Shown here: positions 19,586 through 28,510 of the stretch, piece by piece | How the letters are laid out: every line of letters starts with the position of its first letter | How positions within the stretch are numbered: the first letter of the stretch is position 1 | Assembly (NCBI GenBank): GCA_964607145.1 | Contig: CAZSIX010000015.1 | Span: 3,014-67,013 of the forward strand | DNA from: an uncultured Planctomycetota bacterium | Lineage (GTDB): Bacteria > Planctomycetota > JAJSAM01 > JAKLKS01 | DNA length: 64,000 nt | Reading direction: 5' to 3' | Program-made: the position numbers and the translations under genes | Notes under the pieces: generated by a model | Database searches by the model: none | What the model saw: the letters and a program-made list of their open reading frames with translations, nothing else | Told to the model about the DNA's origin: nothing

Positions 19586-20490
19586 CGGACTCTCGCGCGG
19601 TACACCGATGGCGAGAGGTCGCAGGAGCGGTCCATCTGCCCCGACAGGCTGAACAGCCGCGGACGGCGCAGGCGTACGGCCGCGGCGGTGCGGGGTCGCG
19701 GGAAGTCGAAGACCCGGAGCAGGTGGTACCGGTCGGCTTCGCGCGTGGACACGTCGAGCTCGTTGGCGGTCACGTAGAACGGCGTCTCCGCGGCGTACCC
19801 CGTGGTCTTGACCTCCACGAACCGCTCCCGCGAGTCGGGCTCGTAGGAGAGGATGTCGAAGCCGAGCCCGTCCCCGCGCGTCCGGGCCACGTGCTCCACC
19901 CTTCCCGCGAGGCTCTCGCGACCGGCGGCGAGCAGGCGCGCGATCTCGTACCGGAGCGCGAACTCCTCCCCCGCCGCGCCGAGGCTCCGGTTCGCGGCCT
20001 CCATCGCGAGATAGTCCACGCCCACGCGCGGCGCACGCCCCGCGACCCGGTCCGCGCGACCGGGACGCGCGGCCGCGGACCGCGGCGGCGGCACCGCGAC
20101 GGAGGCGAGATCGCCGGCCAGTTCCTCCGCGGACGGCAGGAGCGCCGCCACCGCGCCCGCGTCGCGCTCCGCGGCGTCGCGGAACGCCTGATCCCAGTCC
20201 GGGTGGGCGGCGAGGTACCGCTCCAGTTCCTCGATGACCAGCGCCTGCAGGTTCGCCGCGGGCGCGAGGCCGGGCAGGAAGGGTCGTCGCAGGAGGAGGA
20301 GCGCCGCGCTCACGTTCTGCGCCTTCCACTCGAACGCCTTCCACGTGCGCCCGGGGAACCGGGCGGCGAGCGTCCGGTAGCGATCCGTCTTCGTGAACCC
20401 GGCGCCGTCGAGATGCAGCCGGAACATCTCGAAGTAGTCCGCGATGGTCGCGCGGACCTCCTCGGCGCTCCAGGGGTCGCCTCTCGCCAC
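19582..20490 (-). CDS. DUF3883 domain protein (restriction-endonuclease-like fold C-terminal domain)
   Basis: C-terminal GFDILSYEPDSRERFVEVKTT...ETPFYVTANE...YHLLRV resembles DUF3883. GTG start (track shows M). Confidence 0.55.
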   Translation of the reverse strand: MARGDPWSAEEVRATIADYFEMFRLHLDGAGFTKTDRYRTLAARFPGRTWKAFEWKAQNVSAALLLLRRPFLPGLAPAANLQALVIEELERYLAAHPDWDQAFRDAAERDAGAVAALLPSAEELAGDLASVAVPPPRSAAARPGRADRVAGRAPRVGVDYLAMEAANRSLGAAGEEFALRYEIARLLAAGRESLAGRVEHVARTRGDGLGFDILSYEPDSRERFVEVKTTGYAAETPFYVTANELDVSTREADRYHLLRVFDFPRPRTAAAVRLRRPRLFSLSGQMDRSCDLSPSVYRARVR

Positions 20491-20527
20491 TCCGCGTGCC
20501 TCCGCGTGACTCCGGTCCCCTTCGACT

Positions 20528-21040
20528 CTATCCCCCCAGCAGCCCCGCCAGCACGGGGAGGATGCTGTCCCGGGGATCGTCCGCGCGGTGGAGGACGGGG
20601 ACGGGGGCGCCGGGGGAGACGGGGGCGGCGGGGGCGTCGTAGACGACGGTCTCGGCGTCCACGGGGGAACCGTCGGGGGCGGGGAAACGGTAGCGGAGGA
20701 CCCAGGTCTCCTCGCCGGCGCGCTCCACGGAGACGACCGCGCCCATGACGGCGGTGCCGTGGATGTAGTACGAGAGGACGCCGCGCCGGATGGCCCAGGA
20801 CCGGAACGGGGCGGTGGCGAGGATGACGGAGCCGGACGCGATCCAGAGCGGCCAGTGCCAGCGCGCCGCGAGGAAGAACGGCATCAGGAAGAGCACGATG
20901 GCGACGGTGAGGCAGGTGATGAAGACGCCCGCGTAGGCGCGGTAGGCGGGCGCGTTGCGGACCTCCGGCGTCGGCTGGCGGGGGACGGGGAGGCGCAGGG
21001 CGTCGGGAAGCCCGGCGGTCGCGGCGGGATCTGGCTCCAC
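20528..21040 (-). CDS. Small membrane protein, DUF3592-like (two TM + beta-rich domain); start uncertain
   Basis: C-terminal segment of ORF 20528..23401 is hydrophobic (VFITCLTVAIVLFLMPFFLAARWHWPLWIASGSVILATAPF), then YYIHGTAVMGAVVSVERAGEETWVLRYRF. The rest of that ORF is Arg/Pro junk. GTG candidate at 21040, 12 nt after the TPR gene stop. Confidence 0.35.
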   Translation of the reverse strand: MEPDPAATAGLPDALRLPVPRQPTPEVRNAPAYRAYAGVFITCLTVAIVLFLMPFFLAARWHWPLWIASGSVILATAPFRSWAIRRGVLSYYIHGTAVMGAVVSVERAGEETWVLRYRFPAPDGSPVDAETVVYDAPAAPVSPGAPVPVLHRADDPRDSILPVLAGLLGG

Positions 21041-21051
21041 GTGCGCCCGCG

Positions 21052-23715
21052 CTACCGCTCGAACCCGACGTCGTCCACGAACAGGATCGTCCCCGCGGGA
21101 TTCCCCACGTCCCCGCCGAACTCGAACACGAGCGCCGCGAGGGCGGCGAAGTCCACGTCCGGGTAGGCGTCGAGGGGGATGCGGTAGCGGCGCCACCGCC
21201 GCTCCAGCGTGAGGGCGCCGTCCGCCCCGCCGTTCCGCGGGAACACGGCCGGGGTCGCAGCCGCCGCGGGGAGGTACGCCCGCCGTTCGTGGTCGAGGGC
21301 GTCCTCGATGCGGACGCGGACCCGCTCCCCTCCCGCGGTGCCGCGCGCGAGGAACGTGATGGCGCGGAACCGCAGCACGTCCCGGTCGGGATTGAGGAGC
21401 AGGGTGGCGGAGGCGGAGGTCCCCGGGGGCGGCGGCGGTGCCACCGGCGGGGCGCCGGCCGGCCGGGGCGGGACCGACAGCGTCTCCCCGTGGTGGAGCC
21501 GCAGCGCGCCCACGCCCCCGCCCACCATGGCCCCGTCGAACGCGGGTCCCAGGATGGACGGCGTGACGGGGGTCGTCCCCGGGGGCGAGAACCCGTCCAC
21601 GTCCTCGGGCCGCGAGAGTGTGCGCACGAAGGGCACGCAGGTCCCGTCGTAGAGGAGGAGGACCTCCGCCGGCGGGGCCTCGAAGTCGGCCAGCGGGAGC
21701 GGCTCCCGCTTCGCCCCCGCGGGACCGTGCAGGGCCAGGTCGTCCAGCAGCACCGCGGGCGAGGCCGCCTCGGCGCCCGGCTCCACGGCGACGAGGAGCG
21801 CGCGGATGCGGGAGAGGAGCGGCGGCAGGGGCCTGAACTCGATGAAGCCCGCGATCTCCGCCAGCGGGACGACGACCTCGACGGGCTCGGGGCCCACGGC
21901 GATGCCCTCGCCGGTCGCCGGCCAGCGGCTCCGCACGGCGGCGGAGGACATCTCGTCGTAGCCGTCGAGGATGCGCACGCGCAGGCGCGCCGCGCGGGAC
22001 TCGGTGCGCGCCCGGAACCGCAGCGTCGCGTGGGCGGTGCCGTCGAGGTCCGGGAGGAAGTCCATGCGGAGCGCCGTGTCGGCCCCGCCGGGCCCCCAGC
22101 CGCGGCCGCCGCGCGCGTCGGCGGGAGACGGCGGGGCGGCGGGCGTCGGAGGGAGGCGCATCTCCCCGCGCACGACGCGGGCGGGTTCGGCGGCGCGCGA
22201 CCCCTCGGCGCGGACGTAGACCAGGGGCCGGTCGAAGTCGAGGAGCGGCTCCCCCGGCGGCGCCGGATCGAGGGGCTCCCCGGCGGTCGCCGGGATCGCG
22301 GGCCCTTCCGGCGGGGACGCCCCGCTCCTCCCGAGCGCCAGGGCCGCCCGCGCGGCGCGGGCCGGCGGCGACGTGGCGAACGGGGAACCCTCCCCGGCGC
22401 CGAGGAAGAACGCCAGCGCGGCGGCGGCGTCCCCGCGGGCGAGGGCGGCCTCCCCGGAGAGGAGGAGCGCGTCGGTGGCGTCGGGCCAGGCGGCCCGCGC
22501 GCGGGCGAGGAGCGCCTCCGCGCCGGCGGCGTTCCGGGAGCGGAGGAGGCGGGCGGCCAGCGCGGTGACCGCGTCGGCGGCGCCCTCGGCGTCGGCGGCG
22601 CGCTCGATGCAGTCCAGCGCGGCGACCTCCGCGGCGGGCAGGTCGTCGGCGGCGGTGAGGGCGGCGACGCGCTTCACGCGGGCCGCGGGGATGTCGGCGA
22701 CGGCGAGGGCCCGAGCCCACGCCTCCGCGGCGCCGGCGGCATCGCCGCGGAAGGAGCGGAGGTTGCCCAGCATGTACGCGGGACCGGACCGATCGGTGTG
22801 GGCGTCGGCCAGCGCGCGGAGGGCCTCCTCCCCGGCGGCGTAGTCCCGCCGCATCACCGTGACCTCCCACACCTTCTCCAGCGCGCGGCGCGCGTCGTCG
22901 CCGTCGGCGCGGCCGGCGGCCACCTCGGCGGCGTAGTGATCCGCCAGCGAGCGGACCGCTCCGGGCCGATCGCCGAGCCGCTCCAGGCACGTGGCCACGT
23001 TCAGCACGATGCGCGCCTGCGGGCCCAGGGCCGCCTCCGCCTCGCGGAAGAGCGGGAGCGCCTCGTCGAAGCGCTCGCGGTAGCCGAGGCAGTGGGCGAG
23101 GTCGTAGGCGATCTCCGGGTCCGGGGCGAGGCCGTCCTCCCGCTCCACGGCGCGGGCGCGGCGGAGGACGTCGGCGGCGCGCTCGAACTCCCACGCGTCG
23201 CGCAGCGCGAGGGCCCACTCGTGCAGCGTCGCGCGGTCCCGGGGCCGGAGCGCCGACGCGGTCTCCAGCGTCTTCACCGCGTCGAGCATCCGGAGGCCGG
23301 CGGCGGTCCCGTTGCCGGCGGCGGCGAGGGCGCCTCCGGAGAGCCGCTCCGCGCGGCCGCGGAGGACGAGCGCGTCCACGTCGTCCGGGTCCAGCGCGCA
23401 CGCCTCGTCGGCGGCGGCGGCGGCCTCGTCGAAGGCGCCCGATGCGAGCAGCACCGCTGCGCGGACGCGCGCGGGGGGCGCCTCCGGGGAGCCGGACGAT
23501 CCCGTCCCCGCGGAGGCCCGGCCCGCGGCGTCGGCAGCGGGCGCGGGGCGGGGATCGGCGATGGCTCCTCCCGGCGCGAGGGGACCCGTGGCCCTCGACG
23601 GGGGGGGCGCGGCGCGGGGCTCCGGTGGCGGCGGCGGCGCGGCGCAGGAGGCCGCCAGCGCGAGCAGGGAGAGCGTCGCCGCGGGCCTCGTGCCGTCGGG
23701 AAACCGTATCCTCAC
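21052..23715 (-). CDS. TPR-repeat lipoprotein (large, secreted)
   Basis: C-terminal 887 aa of the chimeric 2135-aa ORF. GTG at 23715 before the lipoprotein-like signal RIRFPDGTRPAATLSLLALAASC. Multiple TPR-like Ala/Leu-rich repeats. The upstream 1250 aa of that ORF is antisense to topA and is rejected. Confidence 0.6.
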   Translation of the reverse strand: MRIRFPDGTRPAATLSLLALAASCAAPPPPPEPRAAPPPSRATGPLAPGGAIADPRPAPAADAAGRASAGTGSSGSPEAPPARVRAAVLLASGAFDEAAAAADEACALDPDDVDALVLRGRAERLSGGALAAAGNGTAAGLRMLDAVKTLETASALRPRDRATLHEWALALRDAWEFERAADVLRRARAVEREDGLAPDPEIAYDLAHCLGYRERFDEALPLFREAEAALGPQARIVLNVATCLERLGDRPGAVRSLADHYAAEVAAGRADGDDARRALEKVWEVTVMRRDYAAGEEALRALADAHTDRSGPAYMLGNLRSFRGDAAGAAEAWARALAVADIPAARVKRVAALTAADDLPAAEVAALDCIERAADAEGAADAVTALAARLLRSRNAAGAEALLARARAAWPDATDALLLSGEAALARGDAAAALAFFLGAGEGSPFATSPPARAARAALALGRSGASPPEGPAIPATAGEPLDPAPPGEPLLDFDRPLVYVRAEGSRAAEPARVVRGEMRLPPTPAAPPSPADARGGRGWGPGGADTALRMDFLPDLDGTAHATLRFRARTESRAARLRVRILDGYDEMSSAAVRSRWPATGEGIAVGPEPVEVVVPLAEIAGFIEFRPLPPLLSRIRALLVAVEPGAEAASPAVLLDDLALHGPAGAKREPLPLADFEAPPAEVLLLYDGTCVPFVRTLSRPEDVDGFSPPGTTPVTPSILGPAFDGAMVGGGVGALRLHHGETLSVPPRPAGAPPVAPPPPPGTSASATLLLNPDRDVLRFRAITFLARGTAGGERVRVRIEDALDHERRAYLPAAAATPAVFPRNGGADGALTLERRWRRYRIPLDAYPDVDFAALAALVFEFGGDVGNPAGTILFVDDVGFER

Positions 23716-23856
23716 GACGGGGGAGTGTACGGCCCGCGTCACCGGTCCGGCGTCCCAGATCGCGGCGCGGGCGGCGGAGAGCGCGGGTCGATTCCTTGTC
23801 CCCGCCGAGGGCGCCGGTACTAGCATCCCCCCCCGCGATCGGCGGACAGGAGCGAC

Positions 23857-26547
23857 ATGGCCACGAAGAAGGGACCCGCGACCCGGACGACCCGCGGGGG
23901 TGGGACGAAGAAGGCGAAGGCCCCCGCGAAGACGGCGGGGAAGTCCGCCGCGAAGGCCGCCAGGCGCGCGCCCGCGTCGGCGGGGCGCAAGGCCGCGGCG
24001 GCGGCTCCCGAAGGAGCGGCGACCGGGGGCCGCGGACGCAACCTCGTGGTCGTGGAGTCGCCGGCCAAGGCGAAGACCATCCTCAAGTACCTCGGCCGCG
24101 GGTACGTCGTGAAGGCCTCCATGGGCCACGTGCGCGACCTGCCGTCGAAGAAGTTCGGCTTCGACCCGGACAAGGACTTCGAGGCCGACTACGAGGTCAT
24201 CCCGGCGAAGAAGAAGGTCGTGGCGGAACTGCGCAAGCTGGCCAAGGCGGCGCCGCGCGTCTACCTCGCGACGGACCTCGATCGCGAGGGGGAGGCCATC
24301 GCGTGGCACCTCGCGGAGGCGCTCGACGTCCCCGCGGAGAAGCAGGCGCGCGTCACGTTCAACGAGATCACGAAGAAGGCCATCGCCGAGGCGTTCGCGA
24401 CTCCCCGCGCCATCGACCGGAACAAGGTGGACGCGCAGCAGGCCCGGCGGTTCCTCGATCGCATGGTCGGCTACAAGCTCTCCCCGCTGCTCTGGCGCCG
24501 CGCCGCGCGGGGCACCTCCGCCGGGCGCGTGCAGTCCGTGGCGCTGCGGCTCATCGTCGAGCGCGAGCGGGAGATCCGCGCGTTCGTCGCCGAGGTCTAC
24601 TGGACCGTCGAGGCGCGGTTCGCGAAGGAGGGCTCGCCTCCCACGCCGCCGGCGCCGGAACCGGTGGAGGGCAAGCCGCCCGCGCCGCCTCCCTTCGCGC
24701 CCGGCGAGTTCCCCGCCACGCTCGTCGCCGTGGACGGCGTGAAGGCGGACCTCCGGGACGAGGAGACGGGGCGCGCCGTCGTCGCCCGCCTCGCCGGCGC
24801 GGCGTTCCGCGTGGCCTCCGTGGGGCGCGAGCGCAAGGAGGAGCGGGCCCCGCCTCCGTTCACGACGTCCACGCTCCAGCAGCAGGCGTCCATCCGCCTC
24901 CACTTCTCCGCGAAGCGCACGATGAACGTGGCGCAGCGGCTCTACCAGGGCGTGGAACTGGGCGACGAGGGACAGGTCGCGCTCATCACGTACATGCGGA
25001 CGGACTCCGTGGCGCTGTCCGACGATGCCGTCGCGGCGGGCCGCGCCGTCGTCGCGCGCCGGTTCGGCGCCGATCACCTCCCCGAGAGCCCGAACCGGTT
25101 CCGCGCGGGCAAGCGGGCGCAGGAGGCGCACGAGGCCATCCGGCCCACGGACCCGGCGCGGACTCCCGACGAGGTCGCGAGGCTCGTCGATCGCGACGAG
25201 GCGCGGCTCTACGAGCTCATCTGGCGGCGGTTCATGGCGTGCCAGATGAAGCCGTCGGTCACGGACGTGACGAGGGTGCGCGTGGAGGCGGCGGGCTGCG
25301 CGTTCGAGGCGCGCGGGCGCACGCCGGCGTTCGCGGGCTGGCGCGCGGCGTGGCCCGCGCGGGAGAAGGACGACGAGCCGGAACTCCCGCCGCTGGCGGA
25401 GGGCGAGACCGTGGAGGACCGGGGCGTGCGCTCCGACCGGCACGAGACGCAGCCGCCCCCGCGCTTCACGGAGGCCTCCCTCGTCAAGACGCTGGAGAAG
25501 GAGGGCATCGGGCGGCCCTCCACCTACGCCGCCATCATCACGACCATCGTGGACCGCAACTACGTGCTCAAGGAGAAGACGCGGTTCCGGCCCACGGCGC
25601 TGGGGGAGGTCGTGAACGACCTGCTCGTGCCCTTCTTCGACGACCTCATCAACGTGAAGTACACGTCGCGGATGGAGGAGGAACTGGACGAGGTCGAGGC
25701 CGCCCAGGTCCCGTGGAAGCAGGTGCTCCGCGGATTCTGGGAGGCGTTCTCGCGCGACCTCGCGCGGGCCGAGAAGGACATGAAGCCCGTGAAGTTCCTG
25801 CCCGCGGCGGAGGGCACGCCTCCGTGCGAGAAGTGCGGCAGCGACATGGTGCGGAAACTGTGGAAGGGGCGGGAGTTCCTCGGCTGCTCCAAGTACCCCG
25901 ACTGCAAGAACACGAGGCGGCTCGCCGCCGACGGGACGGCGGTGCCGGCGGCCGAGGCCACGGACCAGGTCTGCGAGAAGTGCGGGAAGCCCATGGTCAT
26001 CCGCTCCGGGCGCCGCGGGCGGTTCCTCGCGTGCAGCGGGTACCCCGACTGCAGGAACGCGAAGGATCTCGCGGAGGACGGGTCCGTGCTCGCGCTCCCG
26101 GAGAGCGACGAGAAGTGCGAGAAGTGCGGCTCGGAGATGCGGGCGCGGATGGGCCGCCGCGGGCCGTTCCTCGCGTGCACGGCGTACCCGAAGTGCCGGA
26201 ACGCGCGGGACATCGGCCCCGACGGCAAGGCCGCCCCTCCGGCTCCGGCGCTGGACGTGAAGTGCGACAAGTGCGGGTCCGACATGACCATCCGGCGCGG
26301 TCGCCGGGGACCGTTCATGGCGTGCACGGCGTATCCCAAGTGCCGCAACGCCAAGGACCTCCCCGAGGATCATCCCGCGCGGGAGGCGCGCCGTCCCGCC
26401 GCCGAGCCCGCCGGCGTGGACTGCCCCGACTGCGGGGGCCCCATGCTCGTCCGCTTCAGTCGCCGGGGCCCCTTCGCCGGGTGCGCCGCCTACCCCAAGT
26501 GCAAGGGCACCCGCCCCCTCTCCGACCGCCCGGCCCCTTCCGCCTGA
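23857..26547 (+). CDS. topA: DNA topoisomerase I, with N-terminal Lys/Ala-rich basic tail and four C-terminal C4 zinc ribbons
   Basis: Toprim start NLVVVESPAKAKTI. Catalytic region with the expected active-site Tyr (around RTDS). Four CxxC...CxxC zinc ribbons at the C-terminus. Low-complexity basic N-terminal region of about 60 aa. Confidence 0.95.
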   Translation: MATKKGPATRTTRGGGTKKAKAPAKTAGKSAAKAARRAPASAGRKAAAAAPEGAATGGRGRNLVVVESPAKAKTILKYLGRGYVVKASMGHVRDLPSKKFGFDPDKDFEADYEVIPAKKKVVAELRKLAKAAPRVYLATDLDREGEAIAWHLAEALDVPAEKQARVTFNEITKKAIAEAFATPRAIDRNKVDAQQARRFLDRMVGYKLSPLLWRRAARGTSAGRVQSVALRLIVEREREIRAFVAEVYWTVEARFAKEGSPPTPPAPEPVEGKPPAPPPFAPGEFPATLVAVDGVKADLRDEETGRAVVARLAGAAFRVASVGRERKEERAPPPFTTSTLQQQASIRLHFSAKRTMNVAQRLYQGVELGDEGQVALITYMRTDSVALSDDAVAAGRAVVARRFGADHLPESPNRFRAGKRAQEAHEAIRPTDPARTPDEVARLVDRDEARLYELIWRRFMACQMKPSVTDVTRVRVEAAGCAFEARGRTPAFAGWRAAWPAREKDDEPELPPLAEGETVEDRGVRSDRHETQPPPRFTEASLVKTLEKEGIGRPSTYAAIITTIVDRNYVLKEKTRFRPTALGEVVNDLLVPFFDDLINVKYTSRMEEELDEVEAAQVPWKQVLRGFWEAFSRDLARAEKDMKPVKFLPAAEGTPPCEKCGSDMVRKLWKGREFLGCSKYPDCKNTRRLAADGTAVPAAEATDQVCEKCGKPMVIRSGRRGRFLACSGYPDCRNAKDLAEDGSVLALPESDEKCEKCGSEMRARMGRRGPFLACTAYPKCRNARDIGPDGKAAPPAPALDVKCDKCGSDMTIRRGRRGPFMACTAYPKCRNAKDLPEDHPAREARRPAAEPAGVDCPDCGGPMLVRFSRRGPFAGCAAYPKCKGTRPLSDRPAPSA

Positions 26548-26580
26548 CCCGCCGCCCCGGCCGTCCCCCGCTCGACGACG

Positions 26581-26641
26581 ACATTCCCGGAACGAATCCG
26601 CCGAGTTCGCGGGTCCAACTCGCACGCAACATTCCGGGAAT
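26581..26641. promoter_or_regulatory. Inverted repeat ATTCCCGGAAC(N33)ATTCCGGGAATG in the topA-sigma intergenic region; contains an ECF-like GGAAC -35 element
   Basis: Seen directly: acattcccggaacg (26581-26594) and acattccgggaatg (26628-26641) are reverse complements. GGAAC is followed about 17-19 nt later by GGGTC. Confidence 0.4.
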
Positions 26642-26787
26642 GATGTCGTCGCGGGGGCGGGAGGGAAGAGGGGGCGGAGGCCGGGGGTTTCCCGGGGGAT
26701 GCGCCAGCCACCGCCGACGCCCGCTCCGCCCCGCGTTCGCGTATCCTCCGCGATGCGGGAGGCGGCCGCCCGCGGGGAGGCGGGCCG

Positions 26788-27525
26788 GTGGACGGGGCGG
26801 ACGGGATCGGGGCGCGGGGCCGGGCCGGGAGCGGCGCGGGCGGGGTCGACGCGGACTCCCCCTCCGCCGCGCCGGGCCGCCGCGACGCCGGAGGTGGCGT
26901 CGACGCGTCCCCCGCGTCCGCCCTCCCCGCGACGACCGCGGACGACGCGCTCCTCGCGCGCCTCCGCGCCGGCGAGGACGCGGCCTTCGCGGATCTGGTC
27001 CGGGAACACGGTCCCCGCCTCCTCGCCACCGCGCGCCGCATCCTGCGGGAGGACGGCGCCGCGCAGGACGCGCTCCAGGACGGGTTCCTCCGGGCCTTCC
27101 GCTCGCTGGGGGAGTTCCGCGGCGAGGCGCGCCTGGGGACCTGGCTCCACCGCATCGTGGTGAACGCCGCCCTCGGCCGCCTCCGCGCCGCGGCGCGTCA
27201 TCCCGAGGAGCCGCTGGACCCGCTCCTCCCGGAGTTCTCCGCCGGCGGCCACTTCCGCGAAGCGCCCGCCGCGTGGGCGCCGCCGCCCGAGGAGGAGGTC
27301 GAGCGCCGGGAACTCCAGCGGAGGGTCCGGGCGGAGGTGGACGCGCTGCCCGACTCCTACCGCGCGGTGCTCGTCCTGCGCGACCTGGAGGGGTTCGACA
27401 CGGAGGAGGCCGCGCGGCTCCTCGGCCTCACGCCGGCCAACGTGAAGGTCCGGCTCCACCGCGCCCGCCAGGCGCTCCGCACGAGGCTCGACCGGATCCT
27501 CGCCCCGGGGGAGGGACGCCCGTGA
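26788..27525 (+). CDS. RNA polymerase sigma-70 factor, ECF subfamily (long N-terminal extension)
   Basis: Region 2 (DDALLARLRAGEDAAFADLVREHGPRL...) and region 4 (YRAVLVLRDLEGFDTEEAARLLGLTPANVKVRLHRARQALR). GTG start with GGGGAGG SD 8 nt upstream. Confidence 0.8.
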   Translation: MDGADGIGARGRAGSGAGGVDADSPSAAPGRRDAGGGVDASPASALPATTADDALLARLRAGEDAAFADLVREHGPRLLATARRILREDGAAQDALQDGFLRAFRSLGEFRGEARLGTWLHRIVVNAALGRLRAAARHPEEPLDPLLPEFSAGGHFREAPAAWAPPPEEEVERRELQRRVRAEVDALPDSYRAVLVLRDLEGFDTEEAARLLGLTPANVKVRLHRARQALRTRLDRILAPGEGRP

Positions 27526-27908
27526 CCTGCGCCGAGACCCTGCGCTCCATGCGCCCCATGCTCGAGGGCACCGCGCCCCCGGAGCGGCGCGCCGACGCCG
27601 AGGCCCACATCGCCGCGTGCGCCGAGTGCGGCCGCATCTGGAAGGTCGCCACGGAGAGCACGTGCCGCGACCTCGCGGAGTTCCTCCACGAGTACCTGGA
27701 GGGGGACCTCGCGGCGGAGCAGCGGGAGGTGTTCGAGCGGCACCTCGCCCTCTGCCGGGAGTGCGTGACGTACCTGGAGACCTACGGGTCCGCGGTGGGA
27801 CTGTGCCGCGAGGCGGCGGCGGCGGAGAAGCCTCCGCGGCTGCCCGACGACCTCGTCGCCGCCATCCTCGCCGCCCGCGCCCGGGGGACGGGACCGCCGG
27901 GCGCGTGA
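27522..27908 (+). CDS. Anti-sigma factor, zf-HC2 (putative zinc-finger) family
   Basis: GTGA overlap with the sigma factor stop. HxxxCxxC motifs: EAHIAACAECGRIW and ERHLALCRECVTYLE. This is the C-terminal 128 aa of the 1488-aa ORF, whose remainder is junk. Confidence 0.7.
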   Translation: MTCAETLRSMRPMLEGTAPPERRADAEAHIAACAECGRIWKVATESTCRDLAEFLHEYLEGDLAAEQREVFERHLALCRECVTYLETYGSAVGLCREAAAAEKPPRLPDDLVAAILAARARGTGPPGA

Positions 27909-27928
27909 CGGCGGCTTCGACGCGCCCT

Positions 27929-28510
27929 TCAGCCCGCGACGTACCCGCGGGCGTCCACGTGCCCCTCGAGGAGCATCCGGGCCTCCCGGCGCGCGCGGTG
28001 GAGGCGGGACATGACGGTCCCCACGGGGATGCCGAGGCGCCCGGCGATGTCCCGGTAGGAGAGCCCCTCCACGGCGAACAGCAGGAACACGCGGCGGTAG
28101 GTGGCGGAGATGCCGTCGACGGCGCGCAGGAGGGGGCCGCTCACGGACTCCCGCGCGCGGGCGAGGTCGCCGACCTCCGACAGCGCGGCGACTTCCACCC
28201 GCGCGGGCGCCTCCAGGACGGCCCGCTCCACGGACTCGTCGCCGGCCGTCCGCGGCGCCAGGCGCGCGCGGCGCCCGCCGTTGATGGCGTGGTTGCGGAG
28301 GATGGTGCGCATCCACGCGGGGAAGTTCGTGCCCGGCTTGAACGAGTGACGGCTGCGGAGCGCCCGCACGACGGCGTCCTGGGCGAGGTCCTCGACGTCC
28401 GCCTGCCGCGAGGCGTAGCGGCGAGCCCACCGGAGGATGTCCCCCCGGTGGGTCTGCACGAGCTCCTCCACCCCCGGCGGGGCGGCCTCGACGGCGGCGG
28501 ACTCCCTCAC
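27929..28510 (-). CDS. RNA polymerase sigma-70 factor, ECF (RpoE-like)
   Basis: GTG at 28510 with SD GGGAGG 6 nt upstream. Region 2 QDAVVRALRSRHSFKPGTNFPAWMRTILRNHAIN, region 4 YRRVFLLFAVEGLSYRDIAGRLGIPVGTVMSRLHRAR. 193 aa. Confidence 0.8.
   Translation of the reverse strand: MRESAAVEAAPPGVEELVQTHRGDILRWARRYASRQADVEDLAQDAVVRALRSRHSFKPGTNFPAWMRTILRNHAINGGRRARLAPRTAGDESVERAVLEAPARVEVAALSEVGDLARARESVSGPLLRAVDGISATYRRVFLLFAVEGLSYRDIAGRLGIPVGTVMSRLHRARREARMLLEGHVDARGYVAG

Noticed and set aside
21052-27459. 2135-aa minus-strand ORF
   Set aside because: Chimeric. Only the C-terminal 887 aa (the TPR lipoprotein) look like protein. The upstream 1250 aa are Arg/Gly/Pro-rich and antisense to topA, a well-supported gene.
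23442-27908. 1488-aa plus-strand ORF
   Set aside because: Only the last 128 aa (the zf-HC2 anti-sigma) are credible. The remainder overlaps topA and the sigma factor in other frames and is Arg/Pro/Gly junk.
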